A stretch of DNA of 64,000 nucleotides from Desulfurococcales archaeon (GCA_015521325.1 WAOK01000001.1:9782-73781); one strand, 5' to 3'; counted from the first letter of the stretch, positions 51,021 to 62,338 are shown. Notes: generated by a model not told the origin, from the sequence alone. Numbers and translations are program-made.

Positions 51021-52247
51021 CTAGAATAAGGTTATCTCTTCACGGAGTATTAGATCGGTTAATTTAGTTATGTTGCTTAGCTCCTCATCAATTATTGCTT
51101 CGACCTCGCTCTTAATACCTGCGAACGAGACACCCTTCTCCGGAAGTATCTTAGCGCTCGCTATTAGTGGTCTATCTATTGGGTGACCTATCTGTGAGAG
51201 AAGTTCTACATATACTTCCCTAACGCCGTTAACTTCCTTGATTATTCTTCCGGCGATTCTGTTCGCAAGGGCGTTATAGAGTTTGCCGACGTGGCTAACG
51301 GGGTTCTTGCCAGCGGTGGCCTCTAAGCTCATAGGTCTTAGCGGGGTTATGAGACCATTTGCTCTGTTACCTCTTCCCGTCATTCCGTCGTCTCCGTGTT
51401 CTGCGGAGGTTCCTGTTACAGTAATGTATACTATGCCTTTTTCGGGTCTGTCAGCGGCGTTAAGGGTTATCTCTATCTCGTGCTCTGGAGCGATCTTAAC
51501 TGCCATGTCGTGGACAGCGTTGAGAACCTGCTCCTTTACGCTTATGTAATGGTCAACATCGTCTATTAAACCGGAGATCATTGCTGCGGCAATCGTTAGC
51601 TTAATTTTCTTACCTGTTCTTAGACCCATTACTTTAATATCCTCCCCAACCTCCGGGATCCTCGATTTGAGATCCTTGGAGTTAAGGAATCTTTCAGTCT
51701 CGTATACAAGTCTCTCGAGGGTTGTCAACGGGGCAAATCCAACGCCAAAGCTAGTATCATTCGCCAGAGGTATAGATCCCTTGCCTTGTTCGTAAACGGC
51801 AACAAGGTCTGAGCTACCGCTCCGGATCATATAATCTATGACAACGTGTCGCTCCGGATCTAGGAACCTGAAGTTCTTCTTAATCCATTCCTTAACAGCG
51901 TTGATCACAAGAGTGCCCACAGGGATTCTCTCTATGCTGCCGTCCCGTCTCAGCACAAACTCTGTTGCCCTGCCTGAAATAATAATATATATGGGGTGCA
52001 GCACTTCACCTCCGCCGAACTCAGGGTTAGCCTGGCCGCCAACGAGGAGCACCTTGTCGACGTTGTGATGCAGAATGTAGCCATACTTTCTCAGATAATA
52101 CCGTGATAGTGCCAAGCTCGAGGTCTCTGAGGCGGCGTCAGCGATGAAGTCGGGGTGACCGGTCCCCTTCCTCTCAACGAGTTCTATCTCCTGTTCCTCT
52201 ATTGGTGTGTGAAGAACCTCCTCTACTCTTATTGCCCTACTGTTCAT
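51021..52247 (-). CDS. mat: S-adenosylmethionine synthetase, archaeal type
   Basis: [35 protein letters not shown] motifs. 408 aa. Confidence 0.95.
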   Translation of the reverse strand: MNSRAIRVEEVLHTPIEEQEIELVERKGTGHPDFIADAASETSSLALSRYYLRKYGYILHHNVDKVLLVGGQANPEFGGGEVLHPIYIIISGRATEFVLRRDGSIERIPVGTLVINAVKEWIKKNFRFLDPERHVVIDYMIRSGSSDLVAVYEQGKGSIPLANDTSFGVGFAPLTTLERLVYETERFLNSKDLKSRIPEVGEDIKVMGLRTGKKIKLTIAAAMISGLIDDVDHYISVKEQVLNAVHDMAVKIAPEHEIEITLNAADRPEKGIVYITVTGTSAEHGDDGMTGRGNRANGLITPLRPMSLEATAGKNPVSHVGKLYNALANRIAGRIIKEVNGVREVYVELLSQIGHPIDRPLIASAKILPEKGVSFAGIKSEVEAIIDEELSNITKLTDLILREEITLF

Positions 52248-52307
52248 GGCACTAACCTAAGCTATGAAGGGAGGAGTCAAAACTTAAAGTTTCCCCTCCT
52301 CTACGCC

Positions 52308-52565
52308 TCAGTGTAGTCCCTGTCCTTTGACCACGACATACAGTATTTGACTACCCCTCAAGAGAACTGTGCCATACTTGGCTATCTCTTGCCCGTTCTC
52401 CGGATTTATCTCTCTGCAGTCGCGCATCACGACGTTCATGGTGGAGTCCGTCATTATCAGCCTGCCGGCATAGGCGAGTCCGTCCTTGGTGTGAACGACT
52501 ACCTCCTTATTTATGGCACTTTTGAGCATCCTCAGCGGCTTTACCAGTGCCTCCCTCGAAGCCAA
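52308..52565 (-). CDS. Sm-like archaeal protein (SmAP/LSm)
   Basis: 85 aa. KPLRMLKSAINKEVVVHTKDGLAYAGRLIMTDSTMNVVMRDC...VLLRGSQILYV carries Sm1/Sm2 motifs. Confidence 0.8.
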   Translation of the reverse strand: MASREALVKPLRMLKSAINKEVVVHTKDGLAYAGRLIMTDSTMNVVMRDCREINPENGQEIAKYGTVLLRGSQILYVVVKGQGLH

Positions 52566-52667
52566 CTTACCGCCCTCACCTTATCCCTAGGTAGCCTCCT
52601 TTAAACGTTAAGTGGTGAGTGACTCATTATTTACTCAGCACTGATTATGTGTGGAGGTGGTGCAGTG

Positions 52668-52931
52668 ATGGAGCTGATTGGGAGGATATCGGTTGGTAAT
52701 GGTCACGCGGCCGACTACGCCTTCGACGTGATCGTAATGTTTAACAAGGGGTACAAGAGGGTCGTCGTTAAGGGTAAGGGAGATAGAATCTCAAAGGCCG
52801 TTGTCGTCACTAACTTAGTCAGGGATAGGATGGGGAGTGCCGTGAGGATAGCCGACATAAGGATAGGTAGTGAAGACAGGAAGGGAAGACTAGTTTCCTT
52901 TATAGAGATAGAACTCGAAAGAACGGTGTAG
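52668..52931 (+). CDS. albA: DNA/RNA-binding protein Alba
   Basis: ..NKGYKRVVVKGKGDRISKAVVVTNLVRDRMG...IADIRIGSE... is the Alba pattern. Met at 52668 fits family length. Confidence 0.7.
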   Translation: MELIGRISVGNGHAADYAFDVIVMFNKGYKRVVVKGKGDRISKAVVVTNLVRDRMGSAVRIADIRIGSEDRKGRLVSFIEIELERTV

Positions 52932-52939
52932 GGGTCTAG

Positions 52940-55900
52940 CTAAAAGCTTCTCTCTTCCTCTCCATGCACAGCCTTGGCGACCTCGACCGAGAACCTCAGT
53001 CTAGCGGCGTCCATGAGTAAGTAGGTTAGCGCCTTCTCCCTGCTCATCCTTCCCGCCCTGACAATGTCCGTGAGTAGCTCGAGTGCCCTCGTCGCGTCCT
53101 CACTGGCCAGCTCTGGGACCGTGCTCTTCACGAACTCAATAATGTTCATGCCGAGCTTCGTCGGGATCAGGTATGTTCTGTACTTGCTTATTATGATGTA
53201 GCCGTGCCTCACGTTGTTCTCGATGGCCTTAGCGTAGGTGCTCGGTCTACCTATCCTGCGCTCCTTCATCATCCTGACCACGTCCGACGCCGTCAGTAAC
53301 CTCTCCAAAGAACCCCTCACGACCTTGACCTCCTCGGCGCCCACAACCCCCTCCGTTACCTCATAGGTCCTCAGCTTCAGCATCTTCGTAAATCCGTGCT
53401 CGATTATCTCCGTGGGGACCTCCATCTCTAACCTATGCGCCCCTACCGTGAGAGTAATCTTCGCGTACCTCACCTTAGCAGGCCTCATCTGGCTCGCGAT
53501 AAAGCGGTTGAATATCATGGAGTACAGGCGCTTATGTTCGTAACTCAGGCCGCTGGCGTATATGTCATCCATTAGGTCGAGGGAGGGGACTGCCTTCGTC
53601 GGCCTTATGCACTCGTGTGTGCCTTCGCCGCCCCAGGACCTCAGATGTATGTACTCCTCTCCCAGGGCCTGCCTCAGGTACTCCTTGGCTATGCCCATAC
53701 CCGCTGCTGAGACGTGTGTCGAGTCTGTTCTGTGATATGTTATGTAGCCCATCTCGAAGAGTTCCTGTGCCAGCCTCATGACCTTGTTCGGCGGCAGCCT
53801 CAGGTACCTCATAGCGTCAGCTAGGAGCGAGTCAGTCGTGTAGGGGGGTGGCGGATTAACGACTTTTTCCTCCACCGACACTACCTTAAGCAGCACACCC
53901 TCCTTAGCGCGCTCAGCGAGCTTCTTCGCCTCCTCTTTCTCTTTTATGAAGAATCTTGCGACGATCCCATTGCTTAACTTAGCAATGACCCAGTAGCCCC
54001 TAGCCTCAAGGTACTTCTTGTAGTTCTCGGTCACCCAAGCAAGCACGGGGGTCTGAACCCTCCCTCCTCCTAGCCAGTGCTTTCCGAAGTGCTCCTTCAG
54101 TATGTTGCTTATCTCGAAACCGACTATCCTGTCGTCCGCTCTCCTCACTATCTGCGCGTCCACGCGCCTCATATCAATCTCTCTCGGGTTGGCGAGGGCT
54201 TTGTCAATGCCCTGCTTGGTGACCTCGTGGAACTCTATCCTTACAAACCTGTTAGTGTACGGCCTTAGGAGGAGGTAGACGTCGTATGCTATCTTCTCCC
54301 CTTCTTCGTCCGGGTCAGTCGCAAGTATGACGAGGTCCGCCTCCTGAGCAAGCTTCCTAAGCGCCTCTATCACTGTCCTGCTGTCCCTCACATTTATTGA
54401 GCCGCACCTCGGGCAAGTGCGGGTCTCGTCTGTGAATTGATAACCGCAGTCTCTGCACCTCTTTATCGTGGTGTAAACAGGGATTGGGGACCCCCTATCA
54501 TAAATAATTCCGTGGAGCCCCTCACCTATGCTCAGGTCAAGTATGTGCCCCATCGTTGGGGCGATCGTTGTCACATAGATGGTGTCACCGATCGGTATGA
54601 CCGTCTCATACACTGTGTACGAACCTATGTACCTCCTGCCCGGGCGCCCAAAGAACCTAGCTATGGTTTTTGCCTTTGTCGGGGACTCGACAACCATTAG
54701 GGCCGCCTTTATGTGCTCGACGTCTTTACCGCCCCTGCCCGCTCTCCTGCTCATTCTCTGCTCTCGTATGACCTTCCTCAGATCGATCTCGTTGAAGGGC
54801 ACCATCTCGAAGTTGCTAATGTACCTCCTCACCTTATTGATCAGCATGTTGAGCAGGTCCTCGTCATCGTAGAATAGGATGACCAGGCCGAGGGTCATGC
54901 GTCCCTTCAGGAGCCTGCTTGAGCGACCGCTGGCCTGAATAAAGGTCATGACGTCAGGCATCATCACCGTGTACGTGCCCTTCCTCTTCACGACGATAAA
55001 GCCGTTCCCGACGAACTTGCCCTTCTCCTCGACGATACCCGCTATCACCTCCACTACCTCATCGCGGAGCTTGATGAGTTCAGAAGCGATCTCAGAGAGG
55101 GGTGGGTGGAGCTCTTCTATGATACCCCTCATGAACGCCTCTATCACCTTCAGCTTCCCAGGGCTCAATCTAGCGACACGGCGGAGGAGACCCATCCAGT
55201 CCGCAGATACCCTGCCCTCCCTAGCAAGCTGTGAGGACACCGAGACTATTCTTCTCGGGTTATTCATGAAGGACTCGAGCGGCATGGTGAACTTGGGGAC
55301 ACCCACGAAGACAACGTTGTATACTCTCTCCGGCTCGTCAATGCCCCTCGTCAGTATGCCGTAGTATGTGGCCGTACCCACCAGAACATTCACTTCCCCG
55401 GAGCGGAGGAGGTCCAGCGCCTTCCTTGACTCAGCCACCTTCGATGGTATGCCGGAGGCGGAGAGGAACGACGCTATTTTCCTCGCCTCCTCCCTACCCA
55501 GGTCACTGCTAACGAAGACCAGTGTCCCGGGATGGAGCTTCTTCAGCAGGGTCGCTAGTTGATCATAGCTCTCGAACCTGAGGTACGTGTTCACGGTCTT
55601 CCTCAGATAATCTATTATCGATCCGACCTCAAAGCCCAGGAGTTCCCTCAGTACCTTTATCCTGAGGGAACTCCCCCTCCCTGTAGCTGAGGCGATGAGG
55701 AGCTGCCCGATATCCCTGTACCCCAGCTTCGTAGCCAGCTCTTCCTCAACCTCATATAATCTGTTAACCACCTCGGAGTACTTCTCATCATTTCCCATAT
55801 ACTTGTAGAAGGCCGCCTCCTGCTTCAGCTTAACTACCTCTGTGGCGAGTTCTATCACCTCCTCCTCTATGCCCAGTGTCCCCAGGATTAAGTTAAGGAG

Positions 55901-56524
55901 CCCGGAGGACTTCAGCAGAGCGTCGAAGTCGTCGACTAGTACGACGTCGAATCTCTTCCCAGCTAACGTCTCCTTATTCCTGAACAGGAAGGCGTGCGTG
56001 CTTACCAATACACACCTCTTCCCGCACTCGATCCCCGACTTCTTGAGGTCTTGAGTACTGATAACCGAAACGCCCGGGGCCTTCTCCGCAACGATCCTCA
56101 GCCTCCTCACTACCTGATTCATTAATTCCCTCGTGGGCACGATGTACAGCACCTTATCGCCTCTACTCGCCCTATAAACGGCGTAGGTGATGAGAAGAGT
56201 CGTCTTACCCACACCCGTCGGTGCTATCAGCGCGAATGACTCCCCAGCAAGCATTCTTCTTGCCCACGCCCTCTGGATCGACCAGAGACCCCTTGCCCCC
56301 GTTGCTTCAGAGAAGAACCTCTCGAACTCTACGACCTCATCCTCCAGCAGGAATAACTTATCGAGGGCACCGCGCCTCAGCTTCCTATGACCCTTAAGGT
56401 CCCTCACGGAGGATACGTTAACCGAAACAAGGGGGAGACACCTGGCGCAGGGCAGGCCAGATCTTAGCCTCTCCTCGGAAATGTCGCCCCCGCAGTTAGG
56501 GCACGCTCTCTTTATCAGCATCAT
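52940..56524 (-). CDS. rgy: reverse gyrase
   Basis: N-terminal zinc finger CPNCGG...CARC, SF2 helicase motifs (APTGVGKTT, VLVDDFD), second zinc finger CRDCGY...CPRCG, topoisomerase IA domain with YITYHRTDS. ORF open to 56560. Confidence 0.95.
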   Translation of the reverse strand: MMLIKRACPNCGGDISEERLRSGLPCARCLPLVSVNVSSVRDLKGHRKLRRGALDKLFLLEDEVVEFERFFSEATGARGLWSIQRAWARRMLAGESFALIAPTGVGKTTLLITYAVYRASRGDKVLYIVPTRELMNQVVRRLRIVAEKAPGVSVISTQDLKKSGIECGKRCVLVSTHAFLFRNKETLAGKRFDVVLVDDFDALLKSSGLLNLILGTLGIEEEVIELATEVVKLKQEAAFYKYMGNDEKYSEVVNRLYEVEEELATKLGYRDIGQLLIASATGRGSSLRIKVLRELLGFEVGSIIDYLRKTVNTYLRFESYDQLATLLKKLHPGTLVFVSSDLGREEARKIASFLSASGIPSKVAESRKALDLLRSGEVNVLVGTATYYGILTRGIDEPERVYNVVFVGVPKFTMPLESFMNNPRRIVSVSSQLAREGRVSADWMGLLRRVARLSPGKLKVIEAFMRGIIEELHPPLSEIASELIKLRDEVVEVIAGIVEEKGKFVGNGFIVVKRKGTYTVMMPDVMTFIQASGRSSRLLKGRMTLGLVILFYDDEDLLNMLINKVRRYISNFEMVPFNEIDLRKVIREQRMSRRAGRGGKDVEHIKAALMVVESPTKAKTIARFFGRPGRRYIGSYTVYETVIPIGDTIYVTTIAPTMGHILDLSIGEGLHGIIYDRGSPIPVYTTIKRCRDCGYQFTDETRTCPRCGSINVRDSRTVIEALRKLAQEADLVILATDPDEEGEKIAYDVYLLLRPYTNRFVRIEFHEVTKQGIDKALANPREIDMRRVDAQIVRRADDRIVGFEISNILKEHFGKHWLGGGRVQTPVLAWVTENYKKYLEARGYWVIAKLSNGIVARFFIKEKEEAKKLAERAKEGVLLKVVSVEEKVVNPPPPYTTDSLLADAMRYLRLPPNKVMRLAQELFEMGYITYHRTDSTHVSAAGMGIAKEYLRQALGEEYIHLRSWGGEGTHECIRPTKAVPSLDLMDDIYASGLSYEHKRLYSMIFNRFIASQMRPAKVRYAKITLTVGAHRLEMEVPTEIIEHGFTKMLKLRTYEVTEGVVGAEEVKVVRGSLERLLTASDVVRMMKERRIGRPSTYAKAIENNVRHGYIIISKYRTYLIPTKLGMNIIEFVKSTVPELASEDATRALELLTDIVRAGRMSREKALTYLLMDAARLRFSVEVAKAVHGEEERSF

Positions 56525-56598
56525 CGCCCAACCGTTCACTTTCAAGCGCCCTACGGACATGTTTTAAGGCCTGGGCCTCATTGACTAGTGGGCACTTG

Positions 56599-58116
56599 AT
56601 GCACGTAGGCGGGATAAGTGTTGCCGAGATGAGGGTAGCTGAAATCAATTCTGAATTCCTGGGCGTACCAACGATCCGCCTCATGGAAGCCGCCGGGGCC
56701 TCCGTCGCTTCGGAAATAAGGAAACGCGTCTCCCCAGGGGCCAGGGTCGCCGTACTGGCTGGAGGCGGTGGGAAAGCAGGGGACGGGTTTGTTGCGGCGA
56801 GGCACCTGGACTCCATGGGCTTCAGCGTCACTGTCTACCTAGTAGCCAGCAGGGTCAGGCACCCGGACGCCGCACAGAATTTCGAGGTGCTTAAGTCAGC
56901 TACCGGCGTCGAGATAAAGCCCTTCGAGGGCGGAGTCGATGGTTTCGACGTCGTCATAGACGCACTCCTCGGGACAGGTGTGAAAGGAGCCCCTAGAGGG
57001 AGGTATGCCGAAGCCATCGAGGTGATAAACAGCAGTGGTGCAGGACTGAAAGTAGCGATAGACCTGCCCTCGGGTGTGATACCTGATACCGGGGAGGTTC
57101 CGGGGGTAGCCGTTAAGGCTGATCTCACAGTGACAATGCATGTTCCCAAGAAGGGGCTCTTAGTTGAGCCAGCACGGAGCTACGTAGGTGAGCTAGTAGT
57201 CGCGAACATAGGGATACCTAGGGCCGCTATTACAAGGGTAGGGCCTGGGGACGTCAAGGTATGGTTCACCCCGAAGCCTGCCACAGCAAAGAAGGGCGAT
57301 GGTGGTAAGGTACTCGTCGTAGCGGGCTCTGCCGAATACGTTGGTGCCCCATGGCTTACGGCCATCGGTGCATGGAGCGCTGGCGCCGACCTAGTGTATC
57401 TCCTAGCCCCCGAGAACGTCGTGAGCAGGAGGTTCAGCCCAGAGATAATAGCGCATCCGTTGCGGGGCGAGAAACTTGTACCCGACCACATCGATACCAT
57501 AAGAACGTATATTCACCGCGCCGACGTGGTGGCGGTGGGCCCCGGCCTAGGAACAGACCCCGCAACGTTTGAGGCGGTTCATAAGCTTGTGGAGGACGTC
57601 GTAGCGGAGGGGAAGCACCTCGTAATCGACGCCGACGCGCTGAAGGCTCTCTCGGCCAAGAACATTGGCCTCAGCCGCCGCGCTGTTATGACGCCCCACT
57701 TAGGGGAAGCCTCCAAGCTCTTGGGACGTCCTCTAGAGAATAGCCGCGAGAGCCGGGTGGGGGCGGCGAAGGAGATCGCTAGGAAGTATGATGCGGTGGT
57801 GCTGCTTAAAGGCTTCATCGATGTTGTGGCCGAGCCCGACGGCGGGTTCAGGGTGAGGGAGGGCATAGGCTCGAGCGATATGAGTGCTGGAGGAACGGGC
57901 GATATACTGACCGGTGTCGTAGCGGAGATACTGGCGAGATCCGGGAATCCCTTCGGTGCTGCAAGGGCAGCGTCCTTCATAATGGCTGTCGCAGGTGTTC
58001 TCTCCTACTATGAACGCGGTCGCTCAACACCCATGAACCTCGTTGAGTACATCCCACTAATAATCAAGGACCCGGTCAGCACAGCTAGTAAGGCACTTCA
58101 GTATCTGAGGACGTAG
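56599..58116 (+). CDS. nnr: bifunctional NAD(P)H-hydrate repair enzyme Nnr (YjeF_N epimerase + YjeF_C ADP-dependent dehydratase)
   Basis: LMEAAGASVA...VLAGGGGKAGDG (N domain). KGDGGKVLVVAGS...GPGLG...GGTGDILTG (C domain). Track ORF starts at TTG 56581. Confidence 0.85.
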   Translation: MHVGGISVAEMRVAEINSEFLGVPTIRLMEAAGASVASEIRKRVSPGARVAVLAGGGGKAGDGFVAARHLDSMGFSVTVYLVASRVRHPDAAQNFEVLKSATGVEIKPFEGGVDGFDVVIDALLGTGVKGAPRGRYAEAIEVINSSGAGLKVAIDLPSGVIPDTGEVPGVAVKADLTVTMHVPKKGLLVEPARSYVGELVVANIGIPRAAITRVGPGDVKVWFTPKPATAKKGDGGKVLVVAGSAEYVGAPWLTAIGAWSAGADLVYLLAPENVVSRRFSPEIIAHPLRGEKLVPDHIDTIRTYIHRADVVAVGPGLGTDPATFEAVHKLVEDVVAEGKHLVIDADALKALSAKNIGLSRRAVMTPHLGEASKLLGRPLENSRESRVGAAKEIARKYDAVVLLKGFIDVVAEPDGGFRVREGIGSSDMSAGGTGDILTGVVAEILARSGNPFGAARAASFIMAVAGVLSYYERGRSTPMNLVEYIPLIIKDPVSTASKALQYLRT

Positions 58117-58131
58117 CCACGGGTGACGAGC

Positions 58132-59733
58132 ATGAGAAAGTACGTCATAGTGACCGGTGGCGTGCTTTCAGGCTTAGGGAAGGGCGTAACAACCGCTTCG
58201 CTGGGCCTCCTCCTAAAGGCTTCTGGGTACTCAGTCACGGCGATCAAGATAGACCCATACGTGAACGTCGATGCAGGCACGATGAACCCCTACATGCATG
58301 GAGAGGTCTTCGTCACTGATGATGGCGGGGAGACCGACCTCGACATAGGTCACTATGAGAGGTTTCTTGGGATGAGCCTCAGCAAGAAGAACAACATAAC
58401 GACGGGCAAGGTCTACCTTGAGGTCATACAGAGGGAGAGACGGGGCGACTACCTGGGCCAGACCGTCCAGATAATTCCTCACGTCACCGACATGATCAAG
58501 CAAATGATTGGTGAGGTGGCAGAGGAGCAGGGCGCTGACATAGCACTTGTCGAGATCGGTGGTACAGTAGGGGACATAGAGAGCCTCCCGTTCCTCGAGG
58601 CCGTGAGGCAGCTTGCCCTCGAACTCGGGCCGAGGAATGTTGCGTTCGTGCATGTTGTTCTTGTCCCCCTGCTCTGGACAACTGGCGAGCTGAAGACAAA
58701 GCCTGCTCAACACAGCGTGCAGGAGCTTAGGAGAATAGGTATTCAGCCGGATATAATAGTGGCTCGTTCCAGGGTGCCTCTAACGGAGGAGGCGAGGAGG
58801 AAGATCTCGCTCTACAGTAATGTGCCTTTGGAGGCGGTGATAGGCAACCCCGATGTCGAAGTCGTTTATGAGGTACCCCTGGTTCTTCATGGGCAGGGCA
58901 TCCTTAGGGTGCTCTCCAAGAAACTGGGGTTGGCACCGGCTGAGCCCGAACTTTCTCAGTGGAGAGAATTCGTTAGGCGAGTGAAGGAAGCGGGTAAGGA
59001 AGTGAGTATAGCGATGGTTGGTAAATACACGAGGCTGAGGGATAGCTACCTAAGTATCGTCGAAGCGCTGAGGCACGCGGCCGCACCCCTCGGCATCAAG
59101 CCTGTGCTGAAGTGGGTGGAGGCAACCGATATAGAGAGGGGTGCGATTGATGTTTCAGCGGTCTTTGAGGGTATTAAGGGCGCCGTAATTCTTCCGGGCT
59201 TCGGGAGGAGGGGTGTGGAGGGCAAGATAAGGGCTCTTAAGGAGCTGAGGGAGAGGGGCATACCAACCCTCGGCATATGCTTCGGGCTTCAGATGATGGT
59301 TGTCGAGTTCGCGAGGAATGTTCTCGGGCTCAAGGGTGCGCACAGCACAGAAGTGGATCCTTCCACACCGTACCCTGTGGTGGATCTCCTCAAGGGGCAG
59401 GAGAAGCTGAAGTACCTTGGGGGGACGATGAGGCTCGGATCCCTGCCGATAAAGCTTGTGCCTGGGACTAAGGCATGGAAGATCTACGGGGGCAAGGAGG
59501 TCGTTTATGAGAGGCACAGACACAGGTACCACATAAACCCGAGGTACCTCGACGCCTTCGAGGCAGCTGGATTCATAGTGAGCGGGGTTGGTGAGGAGGG
59601 GCTTCCTGAGATAATGGAGCTTAAGGGCAACAAGTTCTACATAGGGACACAGGCGCATCCGGAGTTCAAGAGCAGGCCCTTGAACCCGGCAAAAATGTTT
59701 TACGCGTTCCTCCGTGCGACGGTGGGTGTTTGA
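58132..59733 (+). CDS. pyrG: CTP synthase
   Basis: [45 protein letters not shown] motifs. Confidence 0.95.
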   Translation: MRKYVIVTGGVLSGLGKGVTTASLGLLLKASGYSVTAIKIDPYVNVDAGTMNPYMHGEVFVTDDGGETDLDIGHYERFLGMSLSKKNNITTGKVYLEVIQRERRGDYLGQTVQIIPHVTDMIKQMIGEVAEEQGADIALVEIGGTVGDIESLPFLEAVRQLALELGPRNVAFVHVVLVPLLWTTGELKTKPAQHSVQELRRIGIQPDIIVARSRVPLTEEARRKISLYSNVPLEAVIGNPDVEVVYEVPLVLHGQGILRVLSKKLGLAPAEPELSQWREFVRRVKEAGKEVSIAMVGKYTRLRDSYLSIVEALRHAAAPLGIKPVLKWVEATDIERGAIDVSAVFEGIKGAVILPGFGRRGVEGKIRALKELRERGIPTLGICFGLQMMVVEFARNVLGLKGAHSTEVDPSTPYPVVDLLKGQEKLKYLGGTMRLGSLPIKLVPGTKAWKIYGGKEVVYERHRHRYHINPRYLDAFEAAGFIVSGVGEEGLPEIMELKGNKFYIGTQAHPEFKSRPLNPAKMFYAFLRATVGV

Positions 59734-59748
59734 TGTTCAACAGCTAAA

Positions 59749-61680
59749 ATGCCTCTCGCAAAGGATCAACGGTCGAGCCGAATGAGATTTCGCGGCGACC
59801 TGAATAAACTTGAGGGAAAAACCGTTCTCATGCTAGGTAATGAGGCAGTCGCGTGGGGGGCGCTGGAGGGAGGTATAGGGGTAGCCACGGCCTACCCCGG
59901 CACACCGTCTTCAGAGATAGTTGAGTCACTCGTTGATGCGGCAAGAGAACTAGGTTTCTGGAGTGAGTGGGCGGTCAACGAGAAGGTGGCGTTCGAGATA
60001 GCTTACTCGGCCGCGATCTCGGGCATTAACGCCCTAGTGGCGATGAAGCACGTCGGCATGAACGTGGCAGCTGACCCACTCATGAGCAGCGCCTACACTG
60101 GCGTAAGGGGGTCGCTCGTTATTGTGACAGCGGACGATCCCTCCATGTGGAGCAGCCAGAACGAGCAGGATAACAGGTACTACGGCCTCCACGCGTACAT
60201 ACCTGTCTTCGAGCCTCACTCACCTAGCGAAGCTAAGGAGCTAACGAAGTACCTCTTCGACTTAAGCAGGAGGATCGGTCACCCAGTCATTCTCCGAATG
60301 ACAACAAGGATAAGCCACACGAGAGGGCCCGTCAAACTCGGAAAGATAAACGTGATGGAGCCCAAGGGCAAGTTCATTAAGGAGGACAGGTTCGTGCTGA
60401 TCCCTGCGAACGCCCGGAGGAACAGGCTCGAGATGCTCAGGAGGTGGGAGAAGATCAAGGAGGAGATAGAGCACATACCATTCAATAAGGTAGAGGGTGA
60501 GGGCGACGCACTGATAGTGGCGCCGGGCATAGCGTACGCGTACGTCAAGGAGGTGGTCAGGGAGCTAGGGCTTGAGGGCAGGGTAAGGGTTCTCAAGCTG
60601 TCATCGGTCGTGCCGGTACCCCGCGGGCTCCTTCTGAGGGCCTTGGATGGTGTGAAGAGGGTGCTGGTCGTTGAGGAGCTCGAGGACATAGTGGAGAAGG
60701 AAGTGAAGGCGGTGGTGGCCGAGGAAAGCCTTGGTGTGGAGGTCAAGGGTAAAGAGATCGTTGGCTACCCGTACGAGCTGACCCTTGCGAGGGTTAGGAA
60801 GTCGATCCAGGCCTTCCTAGGGCATGTCCCGGCTGAGGAGGTGAGTAAGGGAGGCACGGTCACAGGATTACCGGTCAGGCCCCCGGTGCTGTGTCCGGGG
60901 TGTCCCTACAGGCCCCTCTTCACAGAGGTCAGACGCCTCATTAACCAGGAGAGGCTCTCCGTCGTTGCCGCGGGGGACATAGGGTGCTACTCCCTCGGTT
61001 ACAATAAGCCGTACAGGCTCCAGGACATAATCATCGAGATGGGCGGCAGCATAGGTACCGGTATAGGGCTAGCGAACTTCACCGACGACGTCGTGATATC
61101 AATAATTGGTGACTCAACGTTCTTCCATGCGGGCCTACCGCCGCTGGCGAACGCTGTCTACATGAAGTCCCCTCTGGTGGTCATAGTGCTCGATAACATG
61201 GTAACCGCCATGACAGGGCATCAGCCCTCTCCCTCGACGAAGGGGGTGCCTGGCAGGAGGTACATACCGATCGAGGAGGCGGCAAAGGGTCTGGGCGTGC
61301 GCTTCGTTAAGGTCATAGACCCGTTCGACATGAAGGAGGTGCGCAAGACAGTTCTCGAGGCGATAAAGTTCGCAAGGGAGAACAGTGAGCCCGCGGTGAT
61401 TGTCGCCAGGAGACGCTGTGCCTTAGAGGTCGTGAGGGATCTCAGGAGAGCCGGTGTAAAGGTTCCGCCATATATCGTGCTGGAAGATAAGTGCATAGCG
61501 TGCCGCCTATGCTACGACTTCTTCGCCTGTCCAGCAATCTTCGCCAAGGATGATGGGAAGGCCTACATCGATCCGGAGCTGTGCGTCGGTTGCGGTGCAT
61601 GCGCCCAAGTCTGCCCGACTAAGGCGATCGTTCCCGCAGAGAAGTACGACAAAGATAAGGTTGAGTCTTTCTGGAGGTGA
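59749..61680 (+). CDS. iorA: indolepyruvate:ferredoxin oxidoreductase subunit alpha
   Basis: 643 aa. TPP-binding GDIGCY...GDSTFFH, C-terminal 2x[4Fe-4S] CIACRLCYDFFACP / CVGCGACAQVCP. Confidence 0.9.
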   Translation: MPLAKDQRSSRMRFRGDLNKLEGKTVLMLGNEAVAWGALEGGIGVATAYPGTPSSEIVESLVDAARELGFWSEWAVNEKVAFEIAYSAAISGINALVAMKHVGMNVAADPLMSSAYTGVRGSLVIVTADDPSMWSSQNEQDNRYYGLHAYIPVFEPHSPSEAKELTKYLFDLSRRIGHPVILRMTTRISHTRGPVKLGKINVMEPKGKFIKEDRFVLIPANARRNRLEMLRRWEKIKEEIEHIPFNKVEGEGDALIVAPGIAYAYVKEVVRELGLEGRVRVLKLSSVVPVPRGLLLRALDGVKRVLVVEELEDIVEKEVKAVVAEESLGVEVKGKEIVGYPYELTLARVRKSIQAFLGHVPAEEVSKGGTVTGLPVRPPVLCPGCPYRPLFTEVRRLINQERLSVVAAGDIGCYSLGYNKPYRLQDIIIEMGGSIGTGIGLANFTDDVVISIIGDSTFFHAGLPPLANAVYMKSPLVVIVLDNMVTAMTGHQPSPSTKGVPGRRYIPIEEAAKGLGVRFVKVIDPFDMKEVRKTVLEAIKFARENSEPAVIVARRRCALEVVRDLRRAGVKVPPYIVLEDKCIACRLCYDFFACPAIFAKDDGKAYIDPELCVGCGACAQVCPTKAIVPAEKYDKDKVESFWR

Positions 61681-61686
61681 TGGTGT

Positions 61687-62319
61687 GTGGTGCTAAACAT
61701 AGTCGTGGTTGGTGTCGGTGGCCAGGGCATACTCTCGCTCTCCAGGATGATCGGTGAAGCGGCCCTTGCCCATGGGTGGGACGTGAGAGTGGCTGAGACG
61801 CACGGCCTTAGCCAGAGAGGCGGCTCCGTCATAGTACACGTCAGGATCGGGAAGGAGGTAATGGCGCCCACTATAAGTGAGGGTGAAGCTGACCTCATGC
61901 TCGCGCTGGAGCTCATAGAAGCAGCGAGGTATTCCTACTACCTCAGGCACGGGTCCTTCGCGATAGTGAATGATAAGGCAATAAAGCCCTCTCTGCCGGG
62001 AACCAAGGTTCCCCAGCCGGAGGAGCTGAAGAAGACTGTAGAGGGAGTAGCTAAGGTCAGGTACCTTAGCGCGTCGGAGACGGCCATAGCCCTCGGAAAC
62101 CCTGTCGGTGCAAACATGGTGATCTTCGGCTACTTCTCAAGAATAGCGGAGGAGGCCGGGATTTACTCCATTGAGGAAGCGAGAAAGATGGCTGCAGGCG
62201 TAGGAGGCAAACGCTACGGGCCGATCAACGAGAGACTATTCATGAAGGGAGCGGAGTATGCACTAAGGGACGGGGTAGGCGATATAGCGGTGTTCGTAAA
62301 AGAAAGGCTTAGCACTTAG
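61687..62319 (+). CDS. iorB: indolepyruvate:ferredoxin oxidoreductase subunit beta
   Basis: NIVVVGVGGQGILS...ETHGLSQRGGSV is the gamma-type OFOR domain. Follows iorA. Confidence 0.85.
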   Translation: MVLNIVVVGVGGQGILSLSRMIGEAALAHGWDVRVAETHGLSQRGGSVIVHVRIGKEVMAPTISEGEADLMLALELIEAARYSYYLRHGSFAIVNDKAIKPSLPGTKVPQPEELKKTVEGVAKVRYLSASETAIALGNPVGANMVIFGYFSRIAEEAGIYSIEEARKMAAGVGGKRYGPINERLFMKGAEYALRDGVGDIAVFVKERLST

Positions 62320-62338
62320 CACAAAAACTTGGTAAGCC

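Noticed and set aside
52268-52300. Apparent hairpin GGGAGGAG...CCCCTCCTC and AAACTT-A-AAGTTT dyad between the Sm gene and metK
   Set aside because: The G-rich and C-rich arms are not reverse complements when written out. The short AT dyad overlaps a TATA-like element for metK and needs no further explanation.
52940-56560. Checked reverse gyrase for inteins or a split helicase/topoisomerase arrangement
   Set aside because: It is a single uninterrupted 1206-codon frame, with helicase and topoisomerase IA motifs in the normal order and at normal length. No insertion is evident.
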